From: Octopus vulgaris
Taxonomy: Eukaryota
Direction: 5' to 3'
DNA: 64,000 nucleotides
NCBI GenBank assembly: GCA_951406725.2
Contig: OX597814.1
Location: 72,354,001-72,418,000 of the forward strand
In this document: positions 1 through 12,310 of the stretch, piece by piece
How the letters are laid out: every line of letters starts with the position of its first letter
Numbering within the stretch: the first letter of the stretch is position 1
Made by a program: the position numbers and the translations under genes
Notes under the pieces: generated by a model
Databases searched by the model: none
Seen by the model: the letters and a program-made list of their open reading frames with translations, nothing else
What the model was told of the DNA's origin: nothing

Positions 1-257
1 CAGCAGTATTTGTAGGGATGATTGTATCGGACATGTAATTTCACTCGACTTCTGTTTGTCAAAGAAGTAGTAATTGTTACACAGACAAACAGATAGCTAG
101 TGAACTATTCAGTTTTAGGCAGACAAAACTAGATTATCATACAACACACTCTGACACCATCTATAACTCATCCACAACATCTCCTCATTCTAGTATTACG
201 TTTACATCTTAAATAAATGTCAAATTAAAAGTATTCACAACATTCATTATATTTCAG

Positions 258-395
258 TCTTTAGAGTTTGCTCGTATCAACCTAACAGAACCTGCCTTAA
301 AGGAAGCTATGGCTACATGTGGTTTCATATACCAAATGTCATTTTACTCAAGAGAGTGGAAGTTTCATTTACCAAAAGTACTCAGTAAACTTATG
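258..395 (+). CDS. NUP188: NUP188 internal coding exon (SLEFARINLTEPALKEAMATCGFIYQMSFYSREWKFHLPKVLSKLM); the gene begins upstream of the window
   Basis: ttcAG acceptor at 256-257 and GTaaa donor at 396; 138 nt, phase 0-0. Resembles human NUP188 ...LEEADHTVGFILQLSNFMKEWHFHLPQL (recalled alignment). Confidence 0.85.
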
Positions 396-826
396 GTAAA
401 TATTATTATACCTTTCAGAATATTTGGCATTTTTTTTTTTTAAATAACTGTATCTTGAAATTTCCATGTATTTTACAATCTAGTTATCTTATGTTTTCTT
501 TTTATGCTGTGAATGCAGCTACAAGTTTCAAAGATTATGTTTCTAACTTAAAATGTTCATATACTATTAGAACAAATTTAATTGTAACCATAACTGTTTA
601 TCATATATTCTGAAAAACATGGTAACTTTTCTGATATTTTCTTGTGTTAAGAAATGTACAAGCCATTAGGTCGCAAAAATTTACTGACATTTACCTTTTT
701 AAAAACCTTTTTAAAATTGTTATTTCAACAACAAAGTTGATCATTTTGCTATCTTTAAGATCTACATGTGTTCTGTTACTTCTACACAGGTTTCTCTCTA
801 CTGTTATCATAACTGATATTTTTCAG

Positions 827-901
827 ACCAGTTTTGTGTATATGTGTCAAGCATTTGTATCACTTCTAGTTCGACCACGATACTTGCAGTATTTACTTGA
901 G
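827..901 (+). CDS. NUP188: NUP188 coding exon (TSFVYMCQAFVSLLVRPRYLQYLLE)
   Basis: tttcAG|ACC...GAG|GTcag; 75 nt, phase 0-0. Resembles human YLCQACTSLLHSRKMLQHYLQ. Confidence 0.85.
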
Positions 902-1719
902 GTCAGCTATTTTCTTTATTTTGCCTACCTTCCTTTTATGGTTTTAGATTTTGAAATATTCAGCATAGAAATAGCAAATAGGTTCAAAAATATAGTGGCT
1001 GTGATAAGGACAATAGATAATACGTGGAAAAAGGGAACTAAAAGTATATCTAACCAGTTAAATGATCTGCTGCAGTTATAAGGAGTTTAGTTAATAGTTA
1101 AACTGTGCAAAATACTGATTAATATGTATATTTACCAGATTAGCATGAGTTTGTATGGAAAGAAGTACAATCAATTGAATTGCCCAAGCTCAGGACATAA
1201 GAGTACAACTCTAAATTCCATAAAAGAGTTTATCTAGAACTCTGTTGTTTCTGTTTAGAAGTTAGAAAACTGAGATTTTTTTTACACGACTTCTAATCTA
1301 AAAATCAGCTATATTTAGATTTATTTGCATTTGAAAACTTTCAGAAGGGCTCAGAGAATCATTTTACAGAGATTTGCAAGTTATGAAATGAATATAATCT
1401 GCTGTGAGTGAATCAGAAAATAGACTGACTACACATTGAAATGGTGGGGAAAATAGCTTAACATATAATATAAATATCAAAGACAATGGTCAGTATAGTG
1501 CTGCACTAAATGTTTTATATTATCTAACCACCTAGTATATTTCTTTGCTTTCATTTGTCCAAGAATTTATAAAATAACTACCAGTAAGATATTGAAATTC
1601 ATTCACTTAGCTGTACTGAAAGTTGCTTTTTGCTAGAATTAAAATAATTCATTACTAACAATATTGGACAGGTGCTAGATGCAGTAGTAATTTTTGTTTT
1701 ATTTACTTTCACTTTCAAG

Positions 1720-1856
1720 CATGCTGGCTCTGCAAGGGAAGATCTTAATGGAAAACACCAACTTTTTAATATAGCTTCCAAACCTGCCTTTTTAGCACAT
1801 TCCACACATGATGAATTAGAGCAACCAACAGCTCAATGTCTAAAAATACAAAAAAT
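1720..1856 (+). CDS. NUP188: NUP188 coding exon (HAGSAREDLNGKHQLF...EQPTAQCLKIQK-I)
   Basis: Pyrimidine tract + aAG acceptor; AT|GTAAGT donor; 137 nt, phase 0-2, joining in frame to the exon at 14878. Confidence 0.75.
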
Positions 1857-1900
1857 GTAAGTTTATTTACTTCTTATTTTTACTGATGAGATTTTTAAAA

Positions 1901-1925
1901 ATAAAATAGCAGTATTCTCTTCATG

Positions 1926-1973
<48 letters not shown>

Positions 1974-1998
1974 CATGAAGAGAATACTGCTATTTTAT
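1901..1998. repeat. Perfect inverted repeat (ATAAAATAGCAGTATTCTCTTCATGTATGT arms) around (TA)n
   Basis: The arms are exact reverse complements and the centre is self-complementary (AT)n. Confidence 0.9.
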
Positions 1999-2541
1999 AT
2001 ATATATATTAGGTTGTATGAAATATAGTGTATGATTTGTCAGTTTGAGTTCATAAATCAGCAAATTTATGCACAAGCATTATGTATAGACAACATTATGT
2101 ATAGACAAGGAGAAGCAGTTCCCTTGAGGATATCTCCTTTTAAAAGTTCAGTGAATAATAGATTTCATGAGTATAGTGGATCAGCCATAAATTTCATAAA
2201 CCAGGTCTAGAATATTATATGTTGAACTTGTGGGTTACTATGAATTTATGTGAAACCCAGAAGTTGTTTTAAATGATTTGAAATACCATTTCTCTATACC
2301 GGTTCTTAGACCATTTATCATAAATTGTATTTTATTGATCATAAGCAACAGAGGAAACACATCACATCCAGTCTTCCTAATTCTGACTCCCAGCTCTGTT
2401 TTGAAATGTTTTAAACCCATCTATAGTATATATCCAGTTCATAATGCAGGCAATTAGAAATGCATTATGACCAAATTTAAACTTACTGGAAATGATACAT
2501 AAACACTGTTTAATGCTAAATAATTTTTAGCATGTTAAATG

Positions 2542-2581
<40 letters not shown>

Positions 2582-2586
<5 letters not shown>

Positions 2587-4131
2587 GTAGTTGATAGCTT
2601 CCGTTATCTTGGTGACCAAGTCAGTAGTGGGGGTGGGGGTGCTGAAAGTGTAACGGCTAGAGTAAGAATAGCCTGGGCAAAGTTTAGGGAGCTCTTACCT
2701 CTGCTGGTGACTAAAGGCCTCTCGCTCAGAGTAAAAGGCAGACTGTATGATGCATGTGTACGAACAGCCATGCTACATGGCAGTGACTGCTGAGGACATG
2801 CGTAAGCTCGCGAGAAATGAAGCCAGTATGATCCGATGGATGTGTAATGTCAGTGTGCATGCTCGACAGAGCGTTAGTACCCTGAGAGAAATGTTTGTAG
2901 TGACGTCATATTCCAGTGTGCGCACACGCAACGTCATTCTTCAGTGTGCATGTGCGGAACGTCATTCTTCAGTGTGCATGTGCGGGGTTGAACCTTCTGG
3001 AACCTTCTGGAAAGGCATAAGGAAGTTTCCCTCATGCACCTGCGCTAGAGACTGAAGAATAAATTCTATAGCGTTCCTTAATAGCGTTTGAGGACTTGAG
3101 GCACAGCGATCGAAGAGAAAGGACGCATAATTCATACGTGTGATCAACCTATTCTCCTGTCCCAGACGCTTGGGATTTAACCTATCTATTGCTGCTGAAT
3201 TGTTGTAAGAATGGATACCAGTATACCATCGTGTTTCGTTGTTGAATAAGAGAATAAAGAATTATATATTTCTAAACTTGCTTTTCGTTCCTGACTGGTA
3301 GTTTCTAGAAACAGAAAGAAAGGAAATTGTGTTGCACCCCAAAAGTGTAAAGAAGCAACCAGTTTCCTTTACATGTTGTGGTGTGCAAGAGAGACGATTG
3401 CGCTGGTATGGTCATGTGGCGAGAATGGATGAAGATAGGTGTGTGAAAAAGTGCCAATCCCTAGCAGTAGAGGGAACCCGTGGAAGAGGTAGACCCAGGA
3501 AAACTTGGGACGAGGTGGTGAAGCACGACCTTCGAACTTTAGGTCTCACTGAGGAAATGACCAGCGACCGAGACCTTTGGAAATATGCTGTGCGTGAAAA
3601 GACCAGGCAGGACAAGTGAGTCCAGCCCACTTATGCATGCCTTTCCTCCCTTGGACACACAAAGACCTGTTGAGGCAAGCGAAGTCGATATTGAACCTCA
3701 TCCGACGACAGGCACCTATGCCAACCTATGTTTGCGAAGACCTGTTGGGGCAAGTGAAATCGGAATCGAAATTGATCCAATCCTATGACTGGCACCCGGC
3801 AGATGCCAGGACCCCTGGACTGGAGATACATAAATAGCACTATCCGAATCGTGGCCGATGCCAGCGCCGCCTCGACTGGCTTCCGTGTCGGTGGCACGTA
3901 AAAAGCACCATCCGAATCGTGGCCGAAGCCAGTGCCGCCTTGACGTGCAGGTGGCACGTAAAAAGCACCCACTACGCTCACGGAGTGGTTGGCATTAGGA
4001 AGGGCATCCAGCTGTAGAAACATTACCAGATAAGACCGGAGCCTGGTGCAGCCTTCTGGCTTCCCAGATCCCCGGTCGAACCGTCCAACCCATGCTAGCA
4101 TGGAGAACGGACGTTAAACGATGATGATGAT
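2582..4131 (+). mobile_element. 5'-truncated RTE-clade LINE (3' part of RT, 3'UTR, (GAT)n tail), interrupted by a solo LTR
   Basis: EVVDSFRYLGDQV...RRLRWYGHVARM...RGRGRPRKTW; ends CCATGCTAGCATGG...GATGATGAT; same family as 51250-53224. Confidence 0.9.
2896..3373 (+). mobile_element. Solo LTR (Gypsy-like), 478 bp, with 4-bp TSD TGTT
   Basis: TGTA...TACA termini; TGTT at 2892-2895 and 3374-3377; internal AATAAA and ~27-bp tandem repeats. Confidence 0.8.
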
Positions 4132-4205
4132 ATATATATATAGTCAATTCAAGGACGTTAGATCCACATTAGGGATTATATAATCCAAAAAATTCCACTA
4201 GTTAA

Positions 4206-5115
4206 TCTATATATATAAAAGTGAAGTTGTGTAAGTGTCTGTCTCCTACGATTTAGATTCCTAACTACTCGCACATTTTGCGGTGCAGTTAAACCAATCT
4301 TATAGACGTGATTCATATCGAGCCCTTCTGGGTATTAGCGCGCGTCTACGATGAGTCTACGATTTAAAAAATAATTTACCATAATTTTTTTCCATTTTAA
4401 AGCATATTTTTGGGGATCTTCCAATTTTTTCGTGTGTCGATGGCGGCGGAGTTGGCATCCATGCTCACACCTGCACCTGTGTTGCTTCTCCCCCTTCTTC
4501 CCTCCCTCGTGAAGCTGTGGGGAAGGGAGTGTAAGGAAATCAACGGCGTAAAGCGTTGTCAAGGAGACCAGCGTTCTTTTAGAACAACGACTTCATGGCT
4601 TGAAGTCGCCAAAACAGAAATCGCTAAAAAAGCTGAAACAGATCCACAAAAACGGCAAAAACTGCCACACAGGGCAGGTTTCCTGTGCAAACAATTTGCA
4701 CAACCAAATGTTTTAGTTGTTGCACAAATCTTTATATATAAAAGTGAAGTTGTGTGTCTGTCTCCTACCATTTAGATTCATAACTACTCCCACATTTTGC
4801 GGTGCAATTTAACCAAAACCGGGTATCTTATAGTCGTGATTCATATCGAGCCCTTCTGGGTATTAGCGCGCATCTACGATGAGTCTACGATTTAAAAAAA
4901 AATTTAACATCATTTTTTCCATTTTAATGCATTTTTTTGCTATTATATAAGGGAAGTAACTCTCTAAAAATGTCTACGATGAGTCAATGATTTAAAAAAA
5001 AAATTACCATCATTTTTTATTCCATTTTTAATGCATTTTTTTGCTATAACTCTCTAAAAATGCTTATATAGATATTTCCCTTACAAACCCGAGCAACGCC
5101 GGGCGATACTGCTAG
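4206..5115 (+). mobile_element. Non-autonomous Helitron (composite, with two 5' ends)
   Basis: Starts A|TCTATATATATAAAAG and ends with hairpin CCCGAGCAACGCCGGG ... CTAG|T; a second 5' module TCTTTATATATAAAAG starts at 4729. Confidence 0.85.
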
Positions 5116-5459
5116 TTAGTCATATAATGAGAAAGTCTCAGCAATGTGTTAGTCATTATTGTAGTAATACATATTAATATTGAAAGAAAGAAAATGGAGA
5201 ACAATGGATGTATGAATAATTTATTTGTATGATATAAAGATGTTGAAATTTTTCATAACAATACAAATAAATTATAAGTGGTAAGAAATAGCAGATGTGA
5301 AAAACCTACATATATGTTTCACTTCTAGCCCCTAGTTCATATGTAATTCTAAGCATTTGGTTATGTGCTATATGGGGCAGAGCCTTGTCAGAATTTTTAT
5401 GATCTTGTAGAACAAAGATTAACATGTTTCTTGAAAGGATGCATACAAAATAGTCATAT

Positions 5460-5591
5460 TTTGTGTGCATCCTTTCACGAAACATGTTAACCTTTGTTTA
5501 TATACATATATGTATGTATGTGTGTGTGTATGTATGTATGTTTTTATTTTATCTAGTTTCAGCTCACGAGCTGTGGCCATGCTGGGGCACC

Positions 5592-5637
<46 letters not shown>

Positions 5638-5764
5638 ATATATATGTATGTATATATGTATGTATATATGTTTGTATATATATATATATATGTATGTATA
5701 TATGTGTGTATGTATGTATATATGTGTGCATATATGTATATATATGTGTGTGCGTATTTATATA
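5460..5764. repeat. Compound (TA)n/(TG)n/(TATG)n microsatellite
   Basis: Direct inspection; source of the spurious YI/CV-rich ORFs. Confidence 0.9.
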
Positions 5765-8700
5765 TCATCATCGTCCGTTTTCCATGCTAGCATGGGTTGG
5801 ACGGTTCGACTGGGGTCTGGGAAGCCAGGAGGCTGCACCAGGCTCCAGTCTGATCTGGCAGTGTTTCTACAGCTGGTTCTACAGCTGGATGCCCTTCCTA
5901 ACGCCAACCACTCCGTGAGTGTAGGGGGTGCTTTTTACGTGCCGCTGGCACAGGTATCACAACTATTATTTCCATTTGATATTTATTTCAATGTTTATGT
6001 ACTTGACTCAATAGGTCTCCTCAAGCACAGCAGGTCATATGCCACCGGCACAGAAGCCAGTCAAGGCAGCCTGGTATCGGCCACGTTCGGATGGTGCTTT
6101 TTACGTGCTGCTGGCACAGGTGTCATAACTACAATTTCCATTTGATATTTATTTTGATATTGATGTTGATGTACTTGACTCAATAGGTCTCCTCAAGCAC
6201 AGCAGGTCACTCTACAATCCAAGGTAAGCACAGCAGGTCGTTCTGCAGTCCAAGGTACTTTGAATGGGCTGGGGCTATGCAAAACTGGTGCAGGAAAAAG
6301 CCCGGGTCTTTGCAGTCATAGCATATCTCCAGAGATCTCGGTCCTTCATCATTACCTCTGTGAGGCCCAACGCTTGGAGGTCATGCTTGACTACCTCATC
6401 CCATGTCTTCCTGGGTCTACCTCTCCCCCTGATACCTTCAACTGTTTGGGAGTGGCACTTCTTCACACATCTCTCCTCATCCATCCACAGTACATGACCA
6501 TACCATTGCACACTACATCTGACGCTTCTTATGTCCAGCATTTCTCTCAGGGCGCTTACACTCTGTCGTATGTGCACACTGACATTACACATCCAGCGGA
6601 TCATGTTAGCTTCATTTCTTTCAAGTCTACGTATGTCCTCTGCAGTCACAGCCCATGTTTCACTACCGTGAAGCATGGCAGTTCGCACACATGCATCATA
6701 CAATCTACCTTTCGCTCTGAGCGAGAGACCCTTTGTCACCAGTAGAAGTAGGAGCTTTCTAAACTTTGCCCAGGCTATTCGTATTCTAGTGGTGACACTC
6801 TCTGAGCATCCACCTCCACTACTAACTTGGTCACCCAGGTAGCGGAAACTATCAACTACTTCTAGTTTCTTCCCCTGGAGTGTGATGGAATCTGTTTTCT
6901 GAGTATCTGTGGTGTCTATTGTCCCTGTGCATCTGCCGCACATGAAAGCTATCTTATCAGTTGATTTTCTTTTGATGTTGCTGCACCTCTTAAGTGTCCA
7001 TAGCTTACACTGGGTACATATTATGGAGTTTCTACCTACACCTTTCCTTCAGATCGAGCAGGGCCACCTGCCCGAGGGGTTGTGTGATGAGTTCGCCTTT
7101 CTGCTTACTATAACTTTTGTCTTTGCTACATTTACTCTAAGGCCCTTTGATTCTAAACCTTGCTTCCACACCCGAAATTTCTTTTCTAGTTCCGGTAGTG
7201 ATTCTGCTGTGAGGTCCAGGTCATCAGTATAGAGGAGCTCCCAGGGGCAACCTGTTTTGAATTCCTCTGTTATTGCCTGGAGAACTATGATGAATAAAAG
7301 GGGACTGAGGGCTGAGCCTTGGTGGACACCTACTTCTACCCGGAATTCTTCACTATACTCATTGCCAATCCTAACCTTGCTGACAGCCTCTCTGTATAGG
7401 GCCTGTACAGCCCTTATTAGCCATTCGTCAATCTCAAGTTTCCGCATCGACCACCAGATAAGGGATCGGGGGACCCTGTCAAAGGCTTTCTCCAAGTCCA
7501 CGAAAGCTATGTAGAGGGGTTTATCTTTAGCTAGGTATTTCTCCTGCAGTTGCTGTACCAGGAATATGGCATCAGTGGTGCTTCTACCCGGCACAAAATC
7601 GAACTGCATCTCATCTAAGCAATATCTCCCTAATGAGATGGGCTATGACCCTCTCTGTGACCTTCATCACCTGATCCAACAGTTTAATACCCCTGTAGTT
7701 ATTTCTATCTAGAGCATCACCTTTGCCCTTGTAGCAGTTGACTATGGTGCTGCTACGTCGGTCATTGGGTATGACTCCATTATGAACTACCTGGTTTACA
7801 ATGTCGCTGACAAGGCCATAGCCCACACAACCAGATGTTTTAAGAATCTCAGCAGTGATTCCTGATGGGCCGGGGGCTTTTCCTGGTTTTAAACCCTTAA
7901 TTGCCTTAACTACTAGGGAGCTGTCTATTCGGATAGCTGGTCTCTCTACTGGGTCAACATTTGGCAGGCTCTCCTCCTCCCATTCATTCTCCACATTCAG
8001 CAGTCTCTCATAATGGCTTCTCCAAGCATTTTTCTTTTCAGAAACATTGAAAGCAAGTACACCATCATCCATCATCCACATTTCCCTACTGTAACATCAC
8101 TATTTTCTCTCACACACTGTCTAGCAATCCGAAATACCTCAGTTCTTTGGTCCTCACGTTGCTGAACATTGGCAAACTTCTTCTTTTCTGCTTCACCCTT
8201 GGCTATGTATACCTGCCACCCAGCCTCTCTTCTGGCTACTTGGTACAGTTCCCTGCTATCCCCATCCCTCCAGGCTTTGCAGGCCTGTTTCTTTGCTCTA
8301 ATGGCTTTGTCTACTGTACTATTCCACCACCACATAACTCTAGGTCTGGAAGGGACTTTGCACCATCCACAGACTTGGTCTGTGGCACTCAGCAAGCTGT
8401 CCCGTAGGAATTTCCAGCTACCTTCTATGTCCGATGTCTGTTGCTCCTCCTCCCTCTCATCAAATTTCTTGATGAGGATGTCCCTAAATCTCTGACCATG
8501 TGAAGGGTTCTTTAGCTTCCAAATCCTTCTTTTCTGGATTGGTCTGCCTCTTGGTATCCTTCTGCCCTCAAGCCTAAAGTCACTAATGATTAGCCTATGC
8601 TGAGGGGTACATTCTTCACCCAGGAGGGTCTTTGTATTTAAGAGCAATCCTGCATCCCGCTGTCTGGTGAGGATGAAGTCTATTTGTCTAGCGGAGTCCC

Positions 8701-10558
8701 TTGACTGATAGGTTATAAGGTGGCAGTCTGGCTTCCTGAAGTTAGTATTGCAGATTAAAAGGTTACATGCGTCACAGAATTCCAATAGTCTAGTTCCCTC
8801 ATCATTTCTGGTGCCAATACCATGGCCACCGTGTACCCCAGTGAAGATACCCAATTCCCGCCCAACATGCCCATTAAAGTCTCCAGCCACAAAGATGAGG
8901 TCCTTGCACTCGTCTTTGAGGTACCCTGTAGAAGGCTATCATAAAAGTGGTCCTTCTGATCATTTGGTAGCCCCGCATGTGGGGCATAGGTGGAGATAAT
9001 CGTAGCTGTGCCGTTATGTAGGACTAACCTGAGCTTGAGCACTCTATCGCATACCCTGACAACCTCTGTAACTTTATCCACCCGTTTCTCCGCAAGGAGA
9101 ATGCCTACATCATCCATGTTACCTTGCCAGAAGACTATATACCTATGTGCCTTGCCTGTGAGGACCCTAGCTGAAGCACCTCTCCATCTTACCCCTTGTA
9201 AGCAGCATACATCAACTTGTCTTCTTTCAAGCATCTCTACAATCTCACTAGACCTACCTTTCAGTTTACCAACATTGACAGTGCCAACTCTGAAAACTGG
9301 GAAGGTAATGTGGGGGTAGGTTTGGGGAGGAAGGTATGCAATTCAGAAGAGGGTTGTTGTGGTGATCGTTTTTTAGGCATTTTTCATCTGATCTCTCTTC
9401 CGACCTGACAACATTCAAGCATTTAGGCATGTTAAGACTGTTGCCCCTGCTCTAGGCAGGAGCTGATGTTAGCAGCATTGTAAGCATAAGCACTAAGATG
9501 ATGTAGATGTAAGCAGTGTGGCAGAAATATTGATATTCCAGGTGTTATTAGTGTTGTAAGCAAGCATTATGGTCATTTGCTTTAAGCAGCGTAGCAGAAA
9601 TATGGATATTCCAGTGATAGGTTAGGAGGGGTTCAGCTGAAAACTGGTTGCATTGCTGCGGGGAAGGGTTCCACCAGGGTGAAGAGAGATAGAGGGAGGG
9701 AGAGAAGGTGGGGAGGAATGGAGAAGAGAGAGTGCAGGCAATATAGGGAACAGCACCAGTGAGGAGGGGGAGTTAGGAGAAGTGATAACAGGTAGGGGTG
9801 GTGGCAGGTTCAAGACAGAAAGAAACATAGGATATCACGGGTGAGGGAGGGGACTGGAAGAGGAGATAGCCAGTTGAGGTGGTGACAGATTTCTAAACAG
9901 AAAGAAACGTTAGATAACTAGTTAAGTAGGTCGGTTGATGAGCAGCTGCGCTAGCTGCATCCATCGTAGGGGAGAGAGGCACAGGTAATGCATAGTGAAA
10001 TAGCATGTTGAGGAGGAGGGGTTGGAAGAATAGACACACATAATGGTAGGGGGGAAGGGATATCCGGTGTAGATGGTGTAAATATAGAGATATCCAGTAT
10101 TGGTGGTGGGGGTGGGAAAGGGCGGGCGCACCGCAAATGGCGAAGTTTAGATTGGGGACAGAACGCCAGAGATATGGAACTAGGAATGAGAAGAATTAAG
10201 CAATCGGAGTCTTGATAGGGGACAGGTCAAAGTATGGGAAATAAGAATGTGAATTGAACGAGGAGAAACGAATAATAGAGACAGATATCATAGAGAACGA
10301 ACAAATTATCAACATAGAGAAACGAACAAATTAATTATCATCATAGAGCGACAAATAATTATCATAATAAACTTTACAAGATAGGGCTAAAAATAAAAAT
10401 TATAATTGAGGGGACAATAACAACAGTTAGCTCATGAAAAAACAAACAGTTAGTAAGTAGATAATACATTTTAAGTGTTAGTGGCGAATGAAGTTCAAGG
10501 GATCGAAAGAAAAGAAATAAGTAATTCTTAGCTCGCTTTGGACATCGTTGGCCAAGGA
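5765..10558 (-). mobile_element. Near full-length RTE-clade LINE (long 5' region, APE endonuclease, RT, PHD-like finger, 3'UTR), frameshifted
   Basis: Minus ORFs: RVGTVNVG..VDVCCLQ, AGDFNGHVG, QIDFIL, PQHRL (APE); KAPGPSGI, NYRGIKLL, FVDLEKAFDRV, YTDDL (RT). (CAT)n tail at 5765. 5' boundary is approximate. Confidence 0.9.
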
Positions 10559-10559
10559 A

Positions 10560-10577
10560 TGTATGTGTGTGTATATT

Positions 10578-10618
<41 letters not shown>

Positions 10619-10661
10619 ATATACATATGTGTATATAAATATGTATGTATATATATATATG

Positions 10662-10700
<39 letters not shown>

Positions 10701-10705
10701 TTATA
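10560..10705. repeat. (TG)n/(TA)n microsatellite
   Basis: Direct inspection. Confidence 0.9.
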
Positions 10706-10710
10706 ATTAT

Positions 10711-10782
10711 TAGTGGTTAAGAGTGCAGGCTACTAACCCCAAGATTCCGAGTTCAATTCCAAGCAGTAACCTGAATAATAAT
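10711..10782 (+). mobile_element. tRNA-derived short SINE/tRNA-like fragment
   Basis: A-box-like TAGTGGTTAAG, B-box GAGTTCAATTCC, (AAT)n tail; the 5' acceptor stem is missing. Confidence 0.55.
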
Positions 10783-10784
10783 CC

Positions 10785-12310
10785 CTTTTTTTGCTGTCCT
10801 TAAAAGGTCAGACAGATGTTTGACTGCCAGGCCCACCTAATCTTCTTCCTCTGGATCTGGCACTTCCTCCTCTTCACTGGCAGACTTTGTTAACTCCAAC
10901 AAATCTTCATCTGTCAGGGTTTCAGAGTGGGCAAGGATGAGGTCATTGACCTCATCTTCCATGATGTCGTCAAAACCTTCGCCAAGTACTTTGCCTGTTT
11001 CGCCACATTGTTGACAGCCTTGTGCTGAATATCTTCAGGTGAGAAGCCCTCATAGTCCTGGCCACACATTCGTCAAGCATGCGATGAGGATGGGTTTTTG
11101 TTTTCATGTCTTTAAGAGCAGTGTGGATGACTGACAGGTATGTTGTGACCGTGAAGTATTCCTTTAACTTGAAATTCTCGTCCGAATCCATTGCGTCCGC
11201 AAGGTGTTCAAGAGTTCCGAGTGCAAAGTGCCTTGAAGACACATTTTACACCTTGATCCATAGGCTGAATGAAGGAGGTGGTGTTGGCAGGGAGGAACTC
11301 AACTTGGACTCCCTCATGATTCAGATCCAAAGTGTGGCCAGCAGCGTTATCCATAACAAGCAACACCTTGAATTCCTTGCACATATTTTGGAGGTATTTC
11401 TTGGCTTGAGGGATGAAGCAATGGTGGAACCAATTCAAAGTTAAACTTCTGGTAATCCAGGCCTTGAGGTTGTGCATCCAGTGAACAAGCAGCAGGTTTT
11501 TATTCTTATTTTTGAAGGCCCTTGGGTTCGTGGACTTGTAGATAAGTCCTGGTTTCATCATGAACCCAGCAGCATTGCCACACATAACTAGCATCTCTTT
11601 GTCCTTCTGTGCTTTAAATCCTGTGGCTCTGGCTTCGTCCTTCATGATATACATTCTGGAAGGCATCTTTCAGAACAAGCCAGTCTCATCCATACTGAAA
11701 ACCTCTTCCGGCTTGTATCCCTTATCCTCGATGATCTGCCTGAAGATCTTGAGGTACTTCTCAGTGGCTCCTTCGTCAGCTGATGCTGTCTCTCCATGCT
11801 GGGAAACCTACTTCATTTTAAACCATTTTTGGAAACAGTAAAACTATCCCATGCTGGCTTAAATCTTCGGGCTCCAGTGCTGTCAATGGTCTTGGTTGTG
11901 ATTCTTCGGTGCCTTCTGCTCTGTCTCCTCTGTTGAACTGCTGTTATAATTTCAGCACTTTTTTATGAATGATGTTACCTCTCAAGGGGATGTTTTTCTT
12001 CTTGCAGTCACTGATCCACAATACCAAGGCAGATTCCATCCTGATGAACTGCTTGTTTCTCACTATCGTTACCTTTTTGGCACTTTCACAGAAACTTACT
12101 GCTACAATAGTCTTAATCGCCACCTCTTTCTTCGTTATGTTGCATATGGTGCTTTTGTTGACAACATAATGGCGACCAACTGCAGTATAACTTTATCTTC
12201 CCGGAACATATCCAGCAGTTGTACCTTCTCATGGAGCGTCATAACCTTTTTGTGGCGCTTAGCTTCACTGCCAGCAGCCTTAGAAGGTGTAGGGCATTTG
12301 GGCGGATTTG
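10785..12310 (-). mobile_element. pogo/Tigger (CENP-B-like, DDE_1) transposase, decayed
   Basis: N-term KRHKKVMTLHEKVQLLD (CENP-B HTH); FSMDETGLF, CGNAAG, LLVMDNAAGH, FLPANTTSFIQPMDQGV; stops and frameshifts. Confidence 0.88.

Noticed and set aside
644-1081. 145-aa ORF as a stand-alone gene
   Set aside because: Only 827-901 is coding (a NUP188 exon); the rest is an intronic open frame.
3835-3970. Repeated GGTGGCACGTAAAAAGCACC units resembling CRISPR repeats
   Set aside because: Eukaryotic context; the spacers are mutually homologous and the array is part of the RTE 3'UTR.
5463-6145. 151- and 226-aa ORFs rich in Y/I/C/V/M (similar ones at 12881-13822 and 16466-17288)
   Set aside because: Translations of TA/TG microsatellites and the antisense RTE 3'UTR; not genes.
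6260-8495. Plus-strand ORFs overlapping the minus-strand RTE (and the reciprocal ones at 51583-57145)
   Set aside because: Antisense shadow frames of the LINE ORF.
9380-10558. HDV-like or twister ribozyme in the RTE 5' region
   Set aside because: Only simple hairpins (e.g. GCTCCTGC..GCAGGGGC) were seen; the nested pseudoknot could not be assembled by eye.
10711-10782. Possible tRNA gene
   Set aside because: Has A/B boxes but no 5' acceptor-stem strand and ends in (AAT)n; better explained as a SINE fragment.
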